From an uncultured Emticicia sp. (GTDB lineage Bacteria > Bacteroidota > Bacteroidia > Cytophagales > Spirosomataceae): 64,000 bases of DNA. Under the pieces are notes generated by a model. The model saw nothing but the letters and a program-made list of their open reading frames with translations, was not told the origin of the DNA and made no database searches. Shown here in pieces: positions 59,509-64,000 of this stretch; position 1 is the first letter of the stretch, and each line of letters begins with the position of its first letter. The DNA lies in assembly GCA_937903345.1 (NCBI GenBank), contig CALCZQ010000061.1, positions 46,784 to 110,783 of the forward strand, written 5' to 3'. The translations under genes and the position numbers were made by a program.

Positions 59509-60249
59509 ATGAAAAAACTCGTTCATTCATTTGTATTTACGCAATGTAAATCACTTATCACTAATTAGAGCCTTGGATGCCTAATTACTTTTAGTTTTAA
59601 TGGGGCTTTATTTGCCCAAAACCCCTCAGCCATACTTGACGTGGCAGCCTATAACAAAGGAGTTTTGATTCCTCGTGTGAGTTTAACATCAACCGCTGAT
59701 ATTAGCACAATTACCTCACCCGCAACGTCATTACTTGTGTATAATACAGCTACTGTTGGCATTCCACCTACCAATGTCTCACCAGCATATTATTACTGGA
59801 ATGGCACAAAATGGGATCTTTTAGGCAGTATTACAACCTTTGCAGAGTTTTATGCACTCATGCCAAGCGACAATACTGCCACTATTGCTGCAGGTGCACG
59901 CATCGAATTTCCTCAGAATGGCCCGACAAATAACATAATTACGCGGATTAACGCAAGTCAATTTAATATACCCGCCATTGGAATCTATTCGGTAAGTTGG
60001 CAAGTAAGCGTTGCAGAAGCAGGCCAACTAATCCTGCAACTTAATGGCACTGACATTCCATCGAGCGTGGTTGGGCGTGCCACAGGAACCACCCAAATTT
60101 ACGGCCACACAATGATTACGACAACAGTAATAAATTCGGTACTTCAAGTAGTAAATCCGAGTGGAAATCCGGCAGCTTTAACGCTAACACCAATTGCAGG
60201 CGGCACTCGTGCCGTCACGGCGAATCTTGTTATTACTCGTATTCAGTAA
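59509..60249 (+). pseudogene. Secreted chimera (Bacteroidota N-terminal module plus BclA-C-like domain), with an in-frame TAG in the signal peptide
   Basis: ATG 59509 MKKLVHSFVFTQCKSLITN*SLGCLITFSFNGALFA-QNPSAILDV..NKGVLIPRVSL...YYWNGTKW, then FAEFYALMP.DN.ATIA.G....FPQNGP...GQLIL.LNG...VVGRATGTTQI...LTPIAGGTRAVTANLVITRIQ. TAG at 59566-59568. Confidence 0.65.
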
Positions 60250-60316
60250 ATCTTTCATATTATAAAAGAGCAGGACAATTAGATTTACTCTTTAGTCATT
60301 CTTACATACTAAATCC

Positions 60317-60685
60317 ATGAAAACAGAAATAAAAGTCGGAGGAAGAATGAAACTATTCTCGGAAGATGTAGCATATTTTGAAGCCGATGTAAACTATACA
60401 ATCATTCATTATTACCAAGGCAAGAACAAAATCGTGGCGACAACTATTGGTCAGATTCACGAACGCATAGGGGAAGAATGTGGTTTCATACGGCCTAATA
60501 GAGGTTATCTTATCAATCTTCAATTTGTTGATAAATATAAATTAGGAGAATTATTACTACAAAATAAATTAAAAGTAAATATCTCAAGAAGGAGAAAAAA
60601 ACGATTAAATAATATTGTGGAGAAATATTTTGAGCAAAAAATACAAATCACTGCATACACAATGAAAAAAAGCATGAGATATTAG
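60317..60685 (+). CDS. Stand-alone LytTR DNA-binding domain protein
   Basis: YFEADVNYTIIHY...VATTI...FIRPNRGYLINL...ISRRRK. No receiver domain. Confidence 0.85.
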   Translation: MKTEIKVGGRMKLFSEDVAYFEADVNYTIIHYYQGKNKIVATTIGQIHERIGEECGFIRPNRGYLINLQFVDKYKLGELLLQNKLKVNISRRRKKRLNNIVEKYFEQKIQITAYTMKKSMRY

Positions 60686-60826
60686 ACATGAAACAAAATG
60701 CCAACTATCATAAGTTACATCATTTCAATTTGTCGATCAATATTGTCTCATAACATACTTGCAAAAATATTAAATAACATGGGACGCCTAAAAAAGTTGT
60801 ACCATGTTATCCTTCATAAATTAAAT

Positions 60827-61951
60827 TCAATTATCGCCTTCTTTTCTAACATCAAAAATTCGATGTAACCAAGATTTTTTCTCGGCAATATCTACATCTT
60901 TTTCTTCTTTTGTTAGCTGATAACCAAGTAATTGTACTAAATCTGGTTGCCCAGCGTCAATCCAACAAGTAAGCCAAAAATCTCCCACCATTTTTATTGA
61001 AGCTCTCATTTGTCGCTCCACTTGATTTTTAAGCATCGAATGATATCGTTCCGAAAAATCATGTGAATAAATTTTTGTGATTATACCATTTCGCTCGTCA
61101 AAACCAAACTTTTTATCTTCGGAAAACTGATTTGTTAGTTCTCTTTCAAAAACCAAAACCGAATCCAAAGCAGCATTTGCTCCCAATACTGCTTGCCAAG
61201 CACGCTTCTGCGGTGTTTTAACATATTCTGCTTGACCGACAAAAAAATCATAATTATCTGAAAATAATTCAGGTAAACGACTCTCCCAAAAACCATGAAT
61301 ACCAACTTGATTGGTTAGTTGTCCATTATAATTTCGGGTCGTATGAAGTGGCACATTGGCATCAGCAATATAATGACCAATATCAGCTGAAAGCATCAAA
61401 ATCCTCCGAACGTCACGTTTACGGAAGGCTTCCGTCAGCTGAAACTTCATAAAATTGATGTGCCAAGGCACAATACCATGTCGGTTTAATGTATCTTCTG
61501 AAATTTTCTCCGTTACTTCTTTCCAAGAATAAGTCGGAAGTTTTTTTCGCAGCGAATCAGCATAATTATCTAAATCAATAAAATGCCGAGGAGCCTCTTC
61601 TTTTACTGCATAACGCCTCTGATCAGGATTTACTGCATTTTCGGTGATGTAATCAATGTGCGATTTATAGAATTTAAACATTTCAGGTGGAAGCGTATAA
61701 ACCGCCAAACGATTTATCCGCTGATGCCCAAAAAAGCCCCAGAGTGGATGCTCCCAGAGTGGACGCTCCCAGAGTGGATGCTCCCAGAGTGGATGCTCCC
61801 AGAGTGGATGCTCCCAGAGTGGACGCTCCCAGAGTGGACGTAAATTTTCGAACTTCATTTTCCATGAAGAAATCAAAATAACACCTAAAAAAAGAATACT
61901 ATTCCTTATAAATTTTGATAAAAAAACTTTTTTTACAATTCTTTTTGTCAT
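60827..61951 (-). CDS. Zn-dependent phospholipase C / S1-P1 nuclease superfamily protein, with a pentapeptide repeat before the mature N-terminus
   Basis: WGFFGHQRIN, PDQRRY, PRHFIDLD, LGH-like IGHYIADANVPLHTT, GIHGFWESRLPE. ATG 61951 preferred. Confidence 0.85.
   Translation of the reverse strand: MTKRIVKKVFLSKFIRNSILFLGVILISSWKMKFENLRPLWERPLWEHPLWEHPLWEHPLWERPLWEHPLWGFFGHQRINRLAVYTLPPEMFKFYKSHIDYITENAVNPDQRRYAVKEEAPRHFIDLDNYADSLRKKLPTYSWKEVTEKISEDTLNRHGIVPWHINFMKFQLTEAFRKRDVRRILMLSADIGHYIADANVPLHTTRNYNGQLTNQVGIHGFWESRLPELFSDNYDFFVGQAEYVKTPQKRAWQAVLGANAALDSVLVFERELTNQFSEDKKFGFDERNGIITKIYSHDFSERYHSMLKNQVERQMRASIKMVGDFWLTCWIDAGQPDLVQLLGYQLTKEEKDVDIAEKKSWLHRIFDVRKEGDN
61738..61840. repeat. 15-bp tandem repeat (VNTR), 6 full copies plus 13 bp, within a CDS
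   Basis: Unit CCCAGAGTGGA(T/C)GCT; encodes (PLWE[H/R])n on the minus strand. No spacers. Confidence 0.97.
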
Positions 61952-62272
61952 TTGTGCCACTATTTTTTTTCAAAATAAAATATTCTATTTATAACTTTCT
62001 AAAAATCTGTCTTTTTAAACTTCAAAATCAAAATTTTTTATTTTTTTTCAAGCAACAAGTAAATTTTTGATACACTTTTTTAGAAAAAATACATTTTTCT
62101 TTTAAAAACCCCTTTATGTAAAACCTAAATTTAAATATTTTGAAAATTGAAATATAAATACTCATTTTGTTAAAAAGTAAAAAAACCAAATATTATTTGG
62201 AAATATAATGCAAAAACAAAAAACAACAAAATATTTTCTTGAAATAATGCAACAATATTAAATAAAATGTCT

Positions 62273-62280
62273 TATATTTG
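62273..62280 (+). promoter_or_regulatory. Bacteroidota -7 promoter box
   Basis: TATATTTG, 35 nt before ATG 62316. Confidence 0.5.
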
Positions 62281-62315
62281 TAACTCAATACAGAATATTA
62301 TTCGGAATTAAGAAA

Positions 62316-62744
62316 ATGAATAAGACACAAAAAAAACAAGTTATTGCCCAATCGTTATTAAAATATTTGATGCCAGTAATGGCTTTGGGGATTTTTGCTT
62401 TTTTAATGGTAGCCTACGGTTCGGCATACACGCCTCCGAAAGCACAAAAACAACGCATTGTTTGTTTTAAATTCAAAGAAGGAACTTCAGCTGATGCAAT
62501 CAAGCAACACATGGCTGACTTTCAAGATTTGAAACGTCAGATGCCAGAAATAGCTGCCTATTCAGCTGGTGAAACCTTCGGAGAAGAAAATTCAACAGCT
62601 GAGTACGATGTTATGCACTACCTTACTTTCAGAACTGAAGCTGAGGTTGAAAAATTTCGTGAAAGTACTCAATATAAGGCATTTGAAAAATCCAACGAAA
62701 CAAAATGGGATAAAGTTTTGGTTATTAATTCAGAGATTAAATAA
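62316..62744 (+). CDS. Dabb-family (stress-responsive alpha/beta barrel) protein with N-terminal membrane anchor
   Basis: IVCFKFKEG...FQDLKRQMPEIAAYSAG...YDVMHYLTF. Confidence 0.75.
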   Translation: MNKTQKKQVIAQSLLKYLMPVMALGIFAFLMVAYGSAYTPPKAQKQRIVCFKFKEGTSADAIKQHMADFQDLKRQMPEIAAYSAGETFGEENSTAEYDVMHYLTFRTEAEVEKFRESTQYKAFEKSNETKWDKVLVINSEIK

Positions 62745-62851
62745 ACCAATTTTTAAAAGATAAGCTTAAGTAAGGTATCGATCGGAGCGATTCCTTCTTT
62801 TTTATAATTAAAAGTTTTTTAGTTTAAGTTTTTTCTTTAAAATTATTTCAT

Positions 62852-62859
62852 TAATTTTG
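62852..62859 (+). promoter_or_regulatory. Bacteroidota -7 promoter box for rpsT
   Basis: TAATTTTG(CAA), about 45 nt before the rpsT ATG. Confidence 0.6.
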
Positions 62860-62902
62860 CAATCTAGATTTAGAGTAAGACAATTATTATATTTAAAATA
62901 CA

Positions 62903-63160
62903 ATGGCAAATCATAAGTCGGCATTAAAGCGTATCAGAGCAAACGAAACTAAGCGTTTAAGAAATCGTTACCAACACAAAACCACTCGTACTTTAGTTAG
63001 AAAATTACGTGGTTTAAACGATAAAACAGCAGCTTCGGAATTATTTAAATCAGCAGCTTCGGCTTTAGATAAATTAGCACGCAAGAACGTTATTCATAAA
63101 AACAAAGCAGCAAACTTGAAATCGGGTTTGGCTAAGCACATCGCAGGATTAGCAGCTTAA
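62903..63160 (+). CDS. rpsT: 30S ribosomal protein S20
   Basis: MANHKSALKRIRANE...LDKLARKNVIHKNKAANLKS. Confidence 0.98.
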   Translation: MANHKSALKRIRANETKRLRNRYQHKTTRTLVRKLRGLNDKTAASELFKSAASALDKLARKNVIHKNKAANLKSGLAKHIAGLAA

Positions 63161-63200
63161 TTTTCGATACGTTGCCCAACTTTCGGGAATTCAATATTTT

Positions 63201-63236
63201 TGCTCATGGAAACAATTTCTCCGTGAGCATTTTTTG
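63201..63236 (+). terminator. rpsT terminator
   Basis: TGCTCATGGA-aacaatttc-TCCGTGAGCA plus U tract. Confidence 0.78.
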
Positions 63237-63245
63237 TTTAAATTT

Positions 63246-63362
63246 AGGCACAATGAGGCAAAGGTACATAGATATAAAGATATTAAGAATATCCTTACAA
63301 CCAAGCACCTTACAGTTATCAAAAAAAACTTTGTGCCTTTGAAACGTTGTAGCTTTGTACCT
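63246..63362. repeat. 8-bp periodic inverted repeat
   Basis: Left arm aggcacaa/tgaggcaa/aggtacat. Right arm ctttgtgc/ctttgaaa/cgttgtag/ctttgtac/ct. Confidence 0.5.
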
Positions 63363-63373
63363 AAAAAATAACG

Positions 63374-64000
63374 ATGATTAGCAATATTTTATCGTGGGCG
63401 GAAGAAGACCGACCAAGAGAAAAACTTTTGTTGAAGGGCAAGGCTGTCCTTTCCGATGCTGAATTGATTGCTATTTTGATAGGTTCAGGCACAAGAGAGT
63501 TATCGGCCGTTGATTTATCAAAGCTGATTTTGCAAAGCGTTAATAATAATCTAAACGAATTAGCAAAGCTGAGCATCAACGACTTAATGAAATTTAAAGG
63601 CATTGGCGATGCAAAAGCTATCTCGATTGCTGCCGCTTTAGAACTTGGCAGAAGAAGAAAAGAAAGTGAGTCGCTAAAAAAACAAAAAATTACTTCATCA
63701 GCAGATGTCTATGAGGCAATTCGCCCTTATTTGATGGATTTGCAACACGAGCAATTTTGGATAATATTACTCAATCGAGCCAATGAAGTTATTCGTCCTC
63801 AACAAATAAGTATCGGTGGAGTTTCGGGTACGGTAGCCGACCCAAAGATTATTTTCAAAGCTGCTATTGAGCACCTAGCTTCAGCAATTATTTTGGTTCA
63901 TAATCACCCATCTGGAAATCTTACACCGAGCCAAGCAGATAAAGAATTGACAAAAAAAGTAAAAGGAGGAGGCCAAACACTTGATATTCCAGTGCTTGAT
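63374..64000 (+). CDS. radC: RadC/JAB-domain protein, partial (runs off the window edge)
   Basis: Not in the ORF track. MISNILSWAEEDRPREKLLLKG..LSDAELIAILIGSG...KGIGDAKA...ALELGRR...EQFW...IILVHNHPSG (JAB motif). Confidence 0.95.
   Translation, partial: MISNILSWAEEDRPREKLLLKGKAVLSDAELIAILIGSGTRELSAVDLSKLILQSVNNNLNELAKLSINDLMKFKGIGDAKAISIAAALELGRRRKESESLKKQKITSSADVYEAIRPYLMDLQHEQFWIILLNRANEVIRPQQISIGGVSGTVADPKIIFKAAIEHLASAIILVHNHPSGNLTPSQADKELTKKVKGGGQTLDIPVLD

Noticed and set aside
61738-61840. CRISPR array
   Set aside because: Units are head-to-tail 15-mers with no unique spacers, lie inside a CDS, and have no cas genes nearby.
61583-61881. Alternative-frame ORFs encoding (EWMLP)n, (GASTL)n and (VDAPR)n
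   Set aside because: They stay open only because the 15-bp unit lacks stops. The PLWE frame is continuous with the signal peptide and the catalytic domain.
63374-64000. radC as a marker of a mobile element
   Set aside because: It has the full N-terminal RPREKL/HhH part and sits beside rpsT, the ordinary chromosomal form. No mobile genes are adjacent within the window.

Overview
An AT-rich, gene-dense 64-kb chromosomal window from a Bacteroidota genome. It is most likely Cytophagales (Emticicia/Spirosomataceae-like), inferred from TAnnTTTG -7 promoter boxes, the gene families present and the C-terminal domain of the 11967-14537 protein. The backbone is housekeeping: rpe, clpP, rnpA, rpmH, dnaX, purA, fur, relA/spoT, tRNA-Leu(TAG)-tig, gpmI, mltG, hisS, groES-groEL, rpsT and a partial radC. 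Accessory genes are interspersed: a LytS/LytTR two-component system; a DUF1080 / cupredoxin-fused PVC-type dehydrogenase / FG-GAP operon; two paralogous GPLC...DTGIR lipoproteins; secreted peptidases and amidases; an sxtIJK-like cluster; a surface-glycan cluster; DUF1501; and a Doc-type toxin-antitoxin pair. The ORF track misses several genes: rpmH, a 49-aa DUF5989 gene, a 47-aa very basic protein, the partial edge genes, and decayed genes (XRE regulator, carbamoyltransferase, RelE-type TA pair, an amber-interrupted secreted chimera). Best leads: (1) an A10 slippery run in dnaX at the gamma/tau boundary, with stops in both shifted frames; (2) a copper-domain version of the PVC-type dehydrogenase that lacks its usual heme domain; (3) a 15-bp tandem repeat expanded in frame just before the Zn-ligand Trp of a PLC/S1-P1-like enzyme; (4) 21-bp-phased repeats at the groES promoter; (5) a family of 7/8-bp-periodic intergenic inverted repeats. 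No CRISPR array, rRNA, prophage or transposase was seen. All family names come from motif recognition, not database searches.
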